A DNA stretch of 64,000 nt, taken from the NCBI GenBank assembly GCA_965228895.1, contig OZ245842.1, positions 2,272,001-2,336,000 on the forward strand, given 5' to 3'. Source of the stretch: Alphaproteobacteria bacterium. GTDB lineage: Bacteria > Pseudomonadota > Alphaproteobacteria > SP197. Below the pieces are notes generated by a model. It ran no database searches. It was not told the DNA's origin and saw only the letters and a program-made list of their open reading frames with translations. Shown in pieces: positions 47,709 to 57,480 of the stretch. Within the stretch, counting starts at the first letter, position 1, and each line of letters begins with the position of its first letter. The translations under genes and the position numbers were made by a program.

Positions 47709-47875
47709 GACCTGCCTTCCCTTGCTCGATGATGTGTCAAATCATCCGAGGACGCTGGTCGAAGAGACTACCTTGTCGCGACCTTCGCCGGCGCCTCGGC
47801 ACTCGTGCTTGGAAAGTTTACATGTTCGCGTGGATTTCCAAAGCAGGAATCGCGCGAACAGGCGAGCGGCAGGTT

Positions 47876-48595
47876 CTAGTCGGCGGCCTGGCTGTTGCCG
47901 CCTTTGACCTCAATCGGTTCATTGACGGCGCCCTTGGCGATATCGGGCGTGACCACGCCGCCGGAGATGACAAGCTTGATCCCCTGCTCGACCGTCATGC
48001 TCAGAAAGATGACATCCTTTTTCGGCAGGAACAGCAGGTAGCCGGATGTCGGGTTGGGTGTGGTCGGCAAGAAGACGTTCACGACTTCGTCCTGAATGGC
48101 ATCCTGGACCTCGCCCTTGGTGGTGCCGGTTGCGAAACCGATCGCCCAGCAACCCTGGCGCGGATAGGGGATTAAGACGACATCGCGAAAGGCGCGTGAG
48201 TTCTGGGTAAAGACGGTTTCGAAGATCTGCTTCAGGGCGGAGTAGATACTGCGCACGACCGGCATGCGGTCGAGCAGGTTTTCGCCGACCCGTACTACGG
48301 TGCGGCCGACCAGCCCGGTCGTCAGCCAACCGATGAAGGTCAGCACGATCACCATGATGACGACGCCGATGCCCGGTACGGCGAACGGCAGATAGGTCTC
48401 GGGGTTATAGCGCAGCGGGATCAACGGGACGATTTTCTCGTCGATCAGGCTGATGACCAACGACACCAGATAGATCGTCAGGGTGATCGGCGCGACGACA
48501 ATGATGCCGGTGATGAAGTAATTGCGGCATCTCAGCCAGAAACTCCGCTTATGCGGATGTTGGCTCTCGTCGTGTGTACCTTTTGTCTCGCTCAT
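47876..48595 (-). CDS. DUF502 family membrane protein
   Basis: YFITGIIVVAPITLT, PVVRSIYSALKQ, VFLPTTPNPTSG. Confidence 0.92.
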   Translation of the reverse strand: MSETKGTHDESQHPHKRSFWLRCRNYFITGIIVVAPITLTIYLVSLVISLIDEKIVPLIPLRYNPETYLPFAVPGIGVVIMVIVLTFIGWLTTGLVGRTVVRVGENLLDRMPVVRSIYSALKQIFETVFTQNSRAFRDVVLIPYPRQGCWAIGFATGTTKGEVQDAIQDEVVNVFLPTTPNPTSGYLLFLPKKDVIFLSMTVEQGIKLVISGGVVTPDIAKGAVNEPIEVKGGNSQAAD

Positions 48596-48743
48596 GGGTC
48601 CCCACGGGCCGATTCGGGCGCACTATGGGGATCAAGAACGCCTGACGCAAGCAAGCGCACACCACGATGTGATGCCGTATTGAGTCATCCGACACCATGT
48701 CCGGGTGAGTACACTATGTGACCGCACTGTATCAGGACGCCCG

Positions 48744-49802
48744 ATGCCGACCGATTACTCGCCTGTTCCAGCGCTCGCCGCGCTAGCGACCACCGTGCCC
48801 CGGCACGTGCTGTGCCAAGAGGATGTGAAGGCGGCCGGCCGGTATCTATTCCAAGCAGACTTCCGTGATCTCGACCGGCTGCTTTCCGTCTACCAGCATG
48901 CCGGCATCGACCGACGCTACTCGTGTGTGCCGCTGGATTGGTATTTGAGCGAACACAGCTTCGGCGAACGTAACGCACTCTACCTAGACCACGCCGTCAC
49001 CTTGCTCAGGGATGCGGCCACCAAAAGCCTGGGCACGGCCGGGTTGGCGCCTGCCGACATCGACATGATCGTAGCCGTGTCGACATCCGGCATTGCCACG
49101 CCAAGCATTGACGCGCTGCTGATGGAAACGATGCCGTTTCGCCGCGACGTCATGCGCCTGCCAATCTTTGGCTTGGGGTGCGCCGGCGGCGTGGTCGGCT
49201 TGGCGCGTGCTGCGGCGATGGCACGTGCCCACCCTGGTGCCCGCGTGCTCTATTTGTGTGTCGAGCTGTGCGGTCTGACCTTTCGTCACTTCGACCGTTC
49301 GAAGAGCAACTTCATTGCCACCGCGTTGTTCGGTGATGGTGCCGCCGCCGCTGTCGTGTCGACCGACATCGACGGCCTGGCAATGACCGGCTGGGGGGAG
49401 CACACATGGCCGCAGTCCCTCGACATCATGGGATGGAACGTCGTCGACGACGGCTTTGGCGTGCTGTTTTCGCGCGACATTCCGTCGATGGTGCGCCAGG
49501 AGTTCCGCACGGTGGCCGAGACTTATCTGGAGCGCCACGCCATTGGTATCGACGATATCGACGCGTTCCTATGTCATCCCGGCGGCGCCAAGGTCGTCAC
49601 GGCACTGGAAGAAGCCCTCGACCTCGACCCCAATGCACTCGCCTTGTCGCGCGAGATTCTGCGTGACTACGGGAACATGTCGGCGGCGACCGTTTTGTTT
49701 GTCCTGGCGCGCGCCTTGGAACAAGAGGCACGCGGCCGCTGGTTGTTGTCATCGTTGGGCCCGGGCTTTACCGCCGGCTTTCTGACTCTCGAAGCCGCCT
49801 GA
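48744..49802 (+). CDS. Type III polyketide synthase (chalcone synthase-like; SrsA/BpsA type)
   Basis: Cys-His-Asn triad in GLGCAGG, HPGG, GNMS; LFGDGAAA; GPGF. Confidence 0.95.
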   Translation: MPTDYSPVPALAALATTVPRHVLCQEDVKAAGRYLFQADFRDLDRLLSVYQHAGIDRRYSCVPLDWYLSEHSFGERNALYLDHAVTLLRDAATKSLGTAGLAPADIDMIVAVSTSGIATPSIDALLMETMPFRRDVMRLPIFGLGCAGGVVGLARAAAMARAHPGARVLYLCVELCGLTFRHFDRSKSNFIATALFGDGAAAAVVSTDIDGLAMTGWGEHTWPQSLDIMGWNVVDDGFGVLFSRDIPSMVRQEFRTVAETYLERHAIGIDDIDAFLCHPGGAKVVTALEEALDLDPNALALSREILRDYGNMSAATVLFVLARALEQEARGRWLLSSLGPGFTAGFLTLEAA

Positions 49803-50290
49803 TGTGGCTTTATGCCATCGTCGCGTTCGTGGTGCTGCAGCGGCTCGCCGAACTGGCTGTCTCCGCAAGGAACACAAAACGGCTACTGGCGGCAGGTGCC
49901 CATGAAGCCGGTCGCAGCCATTATCCGCTTATCGTCGCACTGCACGTCTTGTGGTTGGCCGCTTTGTTGGTGCTCGTTGATCCCCAAACGGAACCAGACT
50001 TCTGGCTTCTTGGCGTCTTTGTCCTGCTGCAGGCCACGCGCGTTTGGGTGCTTGCCAGCTTAGGCCCGCGCTGGTCGACGCGCATCATCGTGCTGCCCGA
50101 AGCGCCACTGGTGGTACGCGGTCCCTACCGCTTCATGCGCCATCCCAACTATGCGGTGGTTGCCGCCGAGATTGCGGTTCTGCCGCTCGTGTTTGGCGCC
50201 TGGCAGATCGCCTTCGTGTTTACGATCTTGAACGCTGCGATGTTGTGGTGGCGCATTCGCGTCGAGGACCAGGCGCTCGGTCGCCGTTGA
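49802..50290 (+). CDS. Isoprenylcysteine carboxyl methyltransferase family (SrsB/BpsB type)
   Basis: QRLAEL..S.RN, LG.RW.TRI, GPYRFMRHPNY, RIRVE; TGATG overlap with the PKS. Confidence 0.93.
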   Translation: MWLYAIVAFVVLQRLAELAVSARNTKRLLAAGAHEAGRSHYPLIVALHVLWLAALLVLVDPQTEPDFWLLGVFVLLQATRVWVLASLGPRWSTRIIVLPEAPLVVRGPYRFMRHPNYAVVAAEIAVLPLVFGAWQIAFVFTILNAAMLWWRIRVEDQALGRR

Positions 50291-50341
50291 GAGAATCAAG
50301 GGCGCGCGCTACCGTAGCCAATCACATTGAGGGATATCACC

Positions 50342-50995
50342 GTGGCAGATCCTGGCTCCCGGCCCATCGTGTTTGGCGCAACCTACAGCGTCTATACCCG
50401 CATCGCCCGGATGGCGCTTGCCGAGAAGGGCGTCGATTACCGCCTCGAGGAAGTCGATATCTTCGCCGACGATGGGCCGCCGGCTGGTTATCTGGAGCGT
50501 CACCCTTTCGGGCGAATTCCAGCCTTTCAACACGGCGATGTCCGGCTGTTCGAGACTGCCGCCATCTGCCGCTATGTCGACGACGTCTTCGACGGTCCTA
50601 ACCTAACGCCCGATGACGCGAGGGCCCGTGCTCTGATGGCGCAGACCATTGGGGTTCTGGACAGCTATGCGTACCGCGCGATGGTCTGGGACGTTTATGT
50701 CGAAGTGATCGCGAAACCCAAGGACGGCGAAGCCCCGGATTCAGAACGCGTCGAGGCGGGTCTCAAAACCGCCGCGATCGTTCTTGACGTGCTCAATGCA
50801 CAACTGGGGCGTCACGCCTGGTTGGCCGGTGACCAGTTTAGCCTCGCCGACCTTCACGCTTGGCCGATCTTCGACGACTTCCTTTTGGCGCCACCCGGCC
50901 TCTTTCTCTCCAGCAAGTTCGACAACATCATGCCGTGGACAAAGGCCGTAGCCGCGCGTGACGCAGCCAAGGCAACGGCCTTTCCCGACGATTAA
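50342..50995 (+). CDS. Glutathione S-transferase family
   Basis: SVYTR, HPFGRIP, LFETAAICRY, SLADL; GTG start after GAGGGA. Confidence 0.92.
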   Translation: MADPGSRPIVFGATYSVYTRIARMALAEKGVDYRLEEVDIFADDGPPAGYLERHPFGRIPAFQHGDVRLFETAAICRYVDDVFDGPNLTPDDARARALMAQTIGVLDSYAYRAMVWDVYVEVIAKPKDGEAPDSERVEAGLKTAAIVLDVLNAQLGRHAWLAGDQFSLADLHAWPIFDDFLLAPPGLFLSSKFDNIMPWTKAVAARDAAKATAFPDD

Positions 50996-51007
50996 GGTGA
51001 ACTCGAG

Positions 51008-51367
51008 ATGACCGATGATAAAAGCCGGGAGGCCGCTCGTGATCCTCAGGATCTGGAACGCCTGCTGATTGCCCGGCAGTGGGCAGGCGACGTCGATGGC
51101 ATGGCGGCGCTTTACGAGTCCGATGCGGTCCTCGATAGCGGCGACGGACAACTAACGGTCGGCAGAGAAGCGATCAAAGCCTTGTTGGGGGGCGTTACCG
51201 CAACGGGAAAAAAGTTTGCGGCCGGCAAACAAAGTCCGGCTGTCGTCAGCGGCAACTTGGCGCTCACATCTACCCACCTTCCCGACGGCAGCGTTACGGC
51301 CGAAGTCGCCCGCCGCCAGAGTGACGGCACATGGCTCTGGGTGATCGACCGTTACGCCGTAACCTAA
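51008..51367 (+). CDS. YybH / SnoaL-like (NTF2 fold) protein
   Basis: AGDVDGMAALYESDA, GREAI, EVARRQSDGTWLWVID. Confidence 0.85.
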   Translation: MTDDKSREAARDPQDLERLLIARQWAGDVDGMAALYESDAVLDSGDGQLTVGREAIKALLGGVTATGKKFAAGKQSPAVVSGNLALTSTHLPDGSVTAEVARRQSDGTWLWVIDRYAVT

Positions 51368-51379
51368 CAGCCGCTCGAA

Positions 51380-52024
51380 CTAATTCTCGTCAACCTTGGT
51401 ATAGACCTCGCGCTTGGGTGCATCGAAGACACGCGCCATGGCTGGCATGAAGGCATCCAGCGGCATGGTATCGTAGTCCGGGTCGAAAGACGTCTGGTCC
51501 CACTTGTCACAGAAGTCTTGCGTCGTCTGCGCAAACGGGTGGCCGCGATGTTGGTCGCGGACATTTCGGTCGCCGCCCAAGTGATGGAAGAAGTGATAAC
51601 CCTGAAAGACCTCGTGATGCTTGACCAGCCAATAGACCTCCGGGCGAACGAAGGCTTTCAGGACCGACGCGCCGAACTCGCCGTGATTGAACGGCGCGAA
51701 GTAGTCGCCCATGTCATGCAGCAAAGCGGCGACAATCATCTCGTCGTCGTCTGAAGCACCGTCGCGCCACGCCCGTGTTGCCGTCTGCAGGCTGTGCTCA
51801 TAACGGTTGACCAGCATGGCCGGGCTCGGCGCCTTCAGTTTTTCGAGGTGCTCCAGGCACAGGTCGATGACGGAGCCATGGCGTTCTTCCCGGCGAGACA
51901 TGATAAGCGCCCAGTCCTCAGGCGTGCTCTCGGCGAAGGACCGGAACTTCACCTGTTCCAACCTCTGATCGTCCGGGGTCGCCGTGTCGGCGCCGTCATG
52001 CATCATGCCTGTTGTCTCATCCAT
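51380..52024 (-). CDS. HD-domain protein (PhnZ/TmpB-like metal ligand set)
   Basis: EHSLQTA, AALLHDMGD, NHG, VKHH, WDQ. Confidence 0.85.
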   Translation of the reverse strand: MDETTGMMHDGADTATPDDQRLEQVKFRSFAESTPEDWALIMSRREERHGSVIDLCLEHLEKLKAPSPAMLVNRYEHSLQTATRAWRDGASDDDEMIVAALLHDMGDYFAPFNHGEFGASVLKAFVRPEVYWLVKHHEVFQGYHFFHHLGGDRNVRDQHRGHPFAQTTQDFCDKWDQTSFDPDYDTMPLDAFMPAMARVFDAPKREVYTKVDEN

Positions 52025-52072
52025 GCCACATCGAGCCCTTTGGTCCGGTTGTCATATCGATAGACAAGCCTA

Positions 52073-52510
52073 TCAGGTCACGACGTCGACGCACCAGAGA
52101 TAACCCTCGGGGTCATAGATGAAGGCTTCGCGCGTGCCGTGCGGCTTCGTGGTCGCGGGCTCCAATACCTTGAAACCCAGGCGGTCGGCCGCCGCGCAGG
52201 CCTCGTCGGGATCGCGGCCGTGGACCCTGATCTCGCATCCGATGCCACGATCGAGGTCGGCGGTCAGGCTGCGGTAGAGCGGATGGCCGTCATAGGTGTG
52301 ATCGGCATGCAGCATCCACGACGTGCTGTCATAAGCGAACGAGGCAAAGTCGACGCAGACATATTCGGCCTTCGCGCCGAGCACCTCGGTGTGGAAGGGA
52401 ACGCAGTGTTCGACCTCGCGGACCAGCAGGTTCAGCGTCACGCCCTTTAGCCGCTTGGCGTAGTCGCCGGTCGACATCCACCATTCGTCGGGATTGCTCT
52501 TAACGGTCAT
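52073..52510 (-). CDS. VOC/glyoxalase family protein
   Basis: LNLLVREV...F..EVLG, KPHGTREAFIYDPEGYLW; start ATG 52510 after AAAGGGA. Confidence 0.85.
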   Translation of the reverse strand: MTVKSNPDEWWMSTGDYAKRLKGVTLNLLVREVEHCVPFHTEVLGAKAEYVCVDFASFAYDSTSWMLHADHTYDGHPLYRSLTADLDRGIGCEIRVHGRDPDEACAAADRLGFKVLEPATTKPHGTREAFIYDPEGYLWCVDVVT

Positions 52511-52524
52511 GGAGTGTCCCTTTC

Positions 52525-53304
52525 CTATTCGCCCGTTATGGCCCAGCCGCCGTCGACGACAAACGTCTGGCCGGTGGTCCAGCGGCTCGCCGGCGCGGCA
52601 AGGTAGACGGCGATGCCGGCAAGGTCGATCGGATCGCCGATACGCCCCAGCGCGGTCGCCTTCTCTGCCGCGGCCAAGCTGTCCGGGTCTTCCCACAACG
52701 CCTTAGCGAAATGGGTCTTGACCAAGCCCGGCAGGATGGCGTTGGCGCGGATGCCGTCTTTGCCATGGGCGACCGCCAGGTTCTTGACCATCTGTACGTC
52801 CGTCGCCTTGGTCAGACAATAGGTCCCAAGGTAGTCGCTGCCGTGCAGCGCGCCGGTCGAGGAGACGATGATAATGGAGCCATCGCCACGTTCGGCCATG
52901 CCGGGGATCACCATGCGGCACAGCTTCATGACGTTGCGCACGTTGACCAGCATGGTCTTGTCGTACATGTCGTCGGGGATATCCAGGAACGGACCGTAGT
53001 GCGGGTTGGCCGCGGCGTTGCAGAGCAGGGTGTCGATGCGTCCCCACGCGCCCAAGGTCGTCTCGACAAGCGCCTCCAGCTGATCGACATGGCTGACATT
53101 GCAGGGCACGGCCATGGCCTCATAGCCCATTGACGTCAGGATCTCGGCAACCTCCAGACAGCTCTCTTCCTTACGGCTCGAGATAACGACTTTCGCGCCA
53201 TGGGCGGCCAGGGCTTCGGCGGCGGCCCGGCCGATGCCGCGGGTCGATCCGGTGACGATGGCGACCTGACCGCTCAGATCAAACAGCTGCTTCGGGTTGC
53301 TCAT
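52525..53304 (-). CDS. Short-chain dehydrogenase/reductase (DHRS4-like)
   Basis: TGSTRGIG, ISSRK, CNAAANP, YCLTK, PGLVKTHFA. Confidence 0.93.
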   Translation of the reverse strand: MSNPKQLFDLSGQVAIVTGSTRGIGRAAAEALAAHGAKVVISSRKEESCLEVAEILTSMGYEAMAVPCNVSHVDQLEALVETTLGAWGRIDTLLCNAAANPHYGPFLDIPDDMYDKTMLVNVRNVMKLCRMVIPGMAERGDGSIIIVSSTGALHGSDYLGTYCLTKATDVQMVKNLAVAHGKDGIRANAILPGLVKTHFAKALWEDPDSLAAAEKATALGRIGDPIDLAGIAVYLAAPASRWTTGQTFVVDGGWAITGE

Positions 53305-53998
53305 CGTCCTCTCCTTGGGTTTGTGATTTGGCGGGCTGCCGCAGCCTGCTGGCGGGGATCTTGCGGACCCGTTCGCGCCCGATCAGCCAGGTATCGAAGC
53401 CGCCGGGAAAGAGTTCGGCGAAAGCCTCGTCGAAAACATCCAGACCACCGGTGTAAGCGCCGAAGGCCGGCAAAACCGTGCGGGCACCGTTGCTGGCGAA
53501 ACAACGCCGCCGGAGTGATTTGCCGCGCACCCTGACGGTGGCGCAGGGATGCAGATGACCGGCGATTTCCCCGGCGACCCCATTGGCCTGGGGTTCGTGA
53601 CGGAACAGCAGCGGACCGATGGCAATTTCCTCGACCCGTTTGCCGCCAATGCCATCAGGCAGTTCGGGATCGTGGTTTCCCGCAATCCAGATCCAGTCGC
53701 GCGATCCCGTCAGCGTCCGGATACGCGTACGGTCTTGGTTGTCCAGACGCTGGCCGGCATCGGTGTCGTGAAAGCTGTCGCCCAGGCACAGCACGACCTC
53801 GGGCTCGCGCCGCGCGATGACATCGCCGAGGGCTTCGAGCGTCGCGCGACTGTCATAGGGCGGCAGGAAGAGACCGGCCCGTGAGGCGTAGGATGTGCCC
53901 TTCTCGAAATGCAGATCGGCGACCGCGAGGACGCCGTATTCCGGCCAATAGATGGCGCCGGAAAGATCGACCTCTAGCGTGACCCCGTTGACGATCAT
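53279..53998 (-). CDS. pdeM: Ligase-associated DNA damage response endonuclease (metallophosphoesterase, PdeM/MPE)
   Basis: VADLHFEKG, LPPYDS, LGDSFHD, GNHD, HEP, GHLHP, LPAFGAYTGGL; ATG 53998 overlaps the helicase stop. Confidence 0.92.
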   Translation of the reverse strand: MIVNGVTLEVDLSGAIYWPEYGVLAVADLHFEKGTSYASRAGLFLPPYDSRATLEALGDVIARREPEVVLCLGDSFHDTDAGQRLDNQDRTRIRTLTGSRDWIWIAGNHDPELPDGIGGKRVEEIAIGPLLFRHEPQANGVAGEIAGHLHPCATVRVRGKSLRRRCFASNGARTVLPAFGAYTGGLDVFDEAFAELFPGGFDTWLIGRERVRKIPASRLRQPAKSQTQGEDDEQPEAAV

Positions 53999-56430
53999 AA
54001 CATCCGGGTCGCGTCGTCGATCAGTTCGGCCTCGACCTCGTCGAGCAGGTCGTCCATCGCCTCGCCCTGCACCATCTGCTTGCTGATCTCCAGCATGATG
54101 GGCACGGCCAGCGGCGACACCTGCTCCAACTCTTTCACGACAATCCGCCCCTTGATCCGTTTCAGCATGTCGCCCAATCGGCGCACGTCGAGCAAGCCGC
54201 CCGCAGCCTCGGCCCACGTTGCCTGCAAAAGAACATGGTCGGGTTCGTAACGCCTCAAGACGTCATAGATCAAATCGGAGCTGAAGGTCACCTGCCGGCC
54301 GGTTTTTTCTTTGCCCGGGTGCCGCCGTTCGATCAGGCCGGCGACAACACCGACATTACGAAAGGTGCGTTTGAGCAGGCTGGACTCCGCCATCCACTCT
54401 TCGAGGTCGTCGCCCAGCATGTCCTCGTCGAACAGGGCATCGACCGCTTCGACCGGCTTCAAACCCCAGATGGCGAGCGCATAGTCGTTGCACATGAAGC
54501 CGAGCGGTCCGAGGCCGCGCCGGTCCATGCGCCGGGTCAGCAGCATGCCCAGCGTCTGGTGGGCCGGACGGCCTTCGAAGGGATAGCAGACCATGTAGAA
54601 CTTGCCGCCGCGCGGAAACGATTCGACCAGCAAGTCGCCTGGCTTGGGCAGGATCGAGCGCCAGGCCTGCATGTCCAGCCAGTTGCGCACGTCCGCCGGC
54701 AAGTCCCGCTGTCGGTCTTTGGACGCCAGCACCGCGCGCAGCCGTTCGGCGACATTGGTCGTCGGCGGAAACTTGCCGCCGCCATAGACCGGCACCTGCG
54801 GTTGGTCGGCCTTGGCGGGGCTGACGATGACCACCATGTCGCGGATGCCTTCCAGGCTCCAGATCTGACCGGCAAAGGCGAAGGTGTCGCCGGGCTCCAG
54901 GCCTAGGATGAACCGCTCTTCGATCTCGCCGATCTCCCGCCCGCGCTTGCGCTTCACCTTCAGGACGGGGTCTTCGACGATGGTGCCGACATTCATGCGG
55001 AACTGCTGGACCATGCGCGGGTTGGCGATGCGCATCTTGCCGTCCTTCGTCGGATAGAGCCGCTTGTACTTGTCATAGGCGCGCAGGGCGTAGCCACCGG
55101 TTGCGACGTAGTCGAGAACGCGGTCGAACAGCGCCCGGTCGACACGTGCGTAAGGCGGTACCGCGATCACTTCTTCATACAAAGTATTGGGATCGAACGG
55201 GCCGCTGCAGGCGACGGCCAGAATGTGCTGGGCCAGGACATCAAGACCGCCGTCATCACGCGGTGCGCCATCGATGACGCCGTCGCCGATCGCTTCGAGG
55301 GCGGCCTGGCATTCCAGGAGTTCGAAGCGGTTGGCCGGCACCATCAAGGCCTGGCTCGGCAAGTCGAGGCGATGGTTGGCGCGGCCGATCCTCTGCAGCA
55401 TGCGCGAGATGCCCTTGGGCGCGCCGACCTGGATCACCAGGTCGACGGACCCCCAGTCGACGCCGAGATCGAGCGTCGACGTGCAGACGACGGCGCGCAA
55501 CGTGCCGCGCGTCATCGCCGCCTCGACCTTGCGGCGGTTCTCGACCGACAGCGAGCCGTGATGCAACGCAATCGGCAGGTTGTCGTCGTTCAGGCGCCAG
55601 AGTTCCTGAAACACGATCTCGGCCTGGCTGCGCGTGTTGACGAAAATCAGCGCCGTCTCGACGCTCTTCAGGATCTCGTAGATCTCGGGCAAGGCGTGGC
55701 GCGCGGTGTGGCCGGCCCATGGCACCCGCGCGCCGGAAACCAGAATGCCGATATCCGGTTTGGCCCCGCCGGATACCTGAACGCGCTTCACGCTTTCTCC
55801 CGAACCAAGATAGCCCTTCAGCTTTTCCGGTTCGGCGACCGTCGCCGACAGCCCGATACGCCGGTGGCCGGGCGACAGTGCTGCGAGCCGAGACAGCCCG
55901 AGTGCCAACTGGTCGCCGCGCTTGGTGCCGGCGAGTGCATGGAGTTCGTCGATCACAACGAAACGCAGATTGCCGAACAGCCTGGGCGCGTCTTCATAGG
56001 ATATCAGCAGCGCCAGGGATTCCGGTGTGGTCAGCAGGATGTCCGGGGGATCGCGACGCTGTCGCTGGCGGCGCGAGGACGGTGTGTCGCCGGTGCGCGC
56101 TTCCAGGCGGATTGGCAAGCCCATATCGGTGACCGGTGTTTCCAGGTTGCGTTTGACGTCGACGGTCAGTGCCTTCAAGGGCGAGACGTAGAGCGTGTGC
56201 AGCCCCTCGCCCGCCGCGCCGGCGGCCAGGTCGATCAGGCTGGGCAGAAACCCGGCAAGTGTCTTGCCGCCGCCGGTCGGCGCGATCAGCAGACACGAGT
56301 GGCCGCCGGCAACCGCCTCGACCATCTGAAGCTGATGAGGATGGGGCGCCCAGCCCTTTGACTCGAACCAGCCGGCGAAGCCTGACGGCAGAACGGCCGG
56401 GGGGCTGGATGTTGCGGAAACAAGCGCCAT
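53995..56430 (-). CDS. Ligase-associated DEXH-box helicase (Lhr-core)
   Basis: APTGGGKTLAGF, SPLKAL, TTPES, DELH, SAT, HHGSL, QRIGRANH; start near 56430. Confidence 0.93.
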   Translation of the reverse strand: MALVSATSSPPAVLPSGFAGWFESKGWAPHPHQLQMVEAVAGGHSCLLIAPTGGGKTLAGFLPSLIDLAAGAAGEGLHTLYVSPLKALTVDVKRNLETPVTDMGLPIRLEARTGDTPSSRRQRQRRDPPDILLTTPESLALLISYEDAPRLFGNLRFVVIDELHALAGTKRGDQLALGLSRLAALSPGHRRIGLSATVAEPEKLKGYLGSGESVKRVQVSGGAKPDIGILVSGARVPWAGHTARHALPEIYEILKSVETALIFVNTRSQAEIVFQELWRLNDDNLPIALHHGSLSVENRRKVEAAMTRGTLRAVVCTSTLDLGVDWGSVDLVIQVGAPKGISRMLQRIGRANHRLDLPSQALMVPANRFELLECQAALEAIGDGVIDGAPRDDGGLDVLAQHILAVACSGPFDPNTLYEEVIAVPPYARVDRALFDRVLDYVATGGYALRAYDKYKRLYPTKDGKMRIANPRMVQQFRMNVGTIVEDPVLKVKRKRGREIGEIEERFILGLEPGDTFAFAGQIWSLEGIRDMVVIVSPAKADQPQVPVYGGGKFPPTTNVAERLRAVLASKDRQRDLPADVRNWLDMQAWRSILPKPGDLLVESFPRGGKFYMVCYPFEGRPAHQTLGMLLTRRMDRRGLGPLGFMCNDYALAIWGLKPVEAVDALFDEDMLGDDLEEWMAESSLLKRTFRNVGVVAGLIERRHPGKEKTGRQVTFSSDLIYDVLRRYEPDHVLLQATWAEAAGGLLDVRRLGDMLKRIKGRIVVKELEQVSPLAVPIMLEISKQMVQGEAMDDLLDEVEAELIDDATRML

Positions 56431-56450
56431 ATGGGCATCATAACGCGCGG

Positions 56451-56466
56451 CGACAAAAGGGGAACA
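56451..56466. promoter_or_regulatory. Degenerate alphaproteobacterial LexA (SOS) box candidate
   Basis: CGAC-AAAAGGG-GAACA versus consensus GAAC-N7-GAAC, in the 39-bp gap between divergent repair genes. Confidence 0.3.
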
Positions 56467-56469
56467 CAC

Positions 56470-57480
56470 ATGACCGGTACGGCGCCGACCTGGCTGAGGC
56501 CCGTTCCGGGTGGCCTCTATTGCGCGCCCGGCGACTTCTATGTCGATCCGACCCGGGCGGTCGATCGCGCCGTCATCACCCACGGCCACGCCGATCACGC
56601 CCGAGCCGGCCATGGCAAGGTCCTGGCAACGGCGGAGACGCTTGCCATCATGACGGCGCGCTATGAGGAAGAGGATACGCCGGGTCGCCAGGCGCTGGCC
56701 TATGGGGAAGCCGTTACGTTCGGCGACGTCTCCGTGCGTTTGATCCCGGCTGGCCATGTGCTGGGCAGCGCCCAGGCGGTTCTCGAACACAACGGCGAAC
56801 GCATCATCGTCTCCGGTGACTACAAACGCCGGCACGACCCGACCTGCGCGCGCTTCCAGGTGGAGCCGTGCGACCTCTTCATCACTGAGGCAACCTTCGG
56901 TTTGCCGGTGTTCCGCCATCCCGATGACGGCGAGGAACTGGGCAAACTCTTGGCCTCGCAACGAACGTTCCCGGATCGCGCCCACCTGGTCGGCGCCTAC
57001 ACGCTGGGCAAGGCGCAACGCATCATCGTCCGTCTGCGTGAGCTCGGCTACGACCGGCCGATCTATATCCACGGCGCGCTGGAGGGCATCAACGCGATCT
57101 ACGCGCGCTTTGGCGTTGACCTCGGCGAGCTGCGCCTCGTCATGGATACCGAGAAGAAAGACATGGCGGGCGAAATTGTCGTCGCGCCGCCCTCGACGCT
57201 CAACGAGCGCTGGTCGCGTCGCCTGCCCGATCCGGTCACGGTCTTCGCGTCCGGCTGGATGCGGGTGCGCGCCAGGGCTCGTCAGCGCGCCGTCGAACTG
57301 CCGCTCGTCATCTCCGACCATGCCGACTGGGACGAACTCAACGCAACGCTGGACGATGTCGGCGCGCCTCACGTCTGGGTGACCCACGGTGCCGAAGAAG
57401 CGCTCGTCCACGCCGCCACGGAACGCGGATTCTCGGCCAAGGCGCTCGCGTTGGTGGGCTATGAGGACGACGCGGAATGA
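56470..57480 (+). CDS. Ligase-associated DNA damage response exonuclease (metallo-beta-lactamase fold)
   Basis: THGHADHAR, PAGHVLGSAQ, SGDYKR, TEATFGLPVF, ISDHADW, VTHG. Confidence 0.93.
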   Translation: MTGTAPTWLRPVPGGLYCAPGDFYVDPTRAVDRAVITHGHADHARAGHGKVLATAETLAIMTARYEEEDTPGRQALAYGEAVTFGDVSVRLIPAGHVLGSAQAVLEHNGERIIVSGDYKRRHDPTCARFQVEPCDLFITEATFGLPVFRHPDDGEELGKLLASQRTFPDRAHLVGAYTLGKAQRIIVRLRELGYDRPIYIHGALEGINAIYARFGVDLGELRLVMDTEKKDMAGEIVVAPPSTLNERWSRRLPDPVTVFASGWMRVRARARQRAVELPLVISDHADWDELNATLDDVGAPHVWVTHGAEEALVHAATERGFSAKALALVGYEDDAE

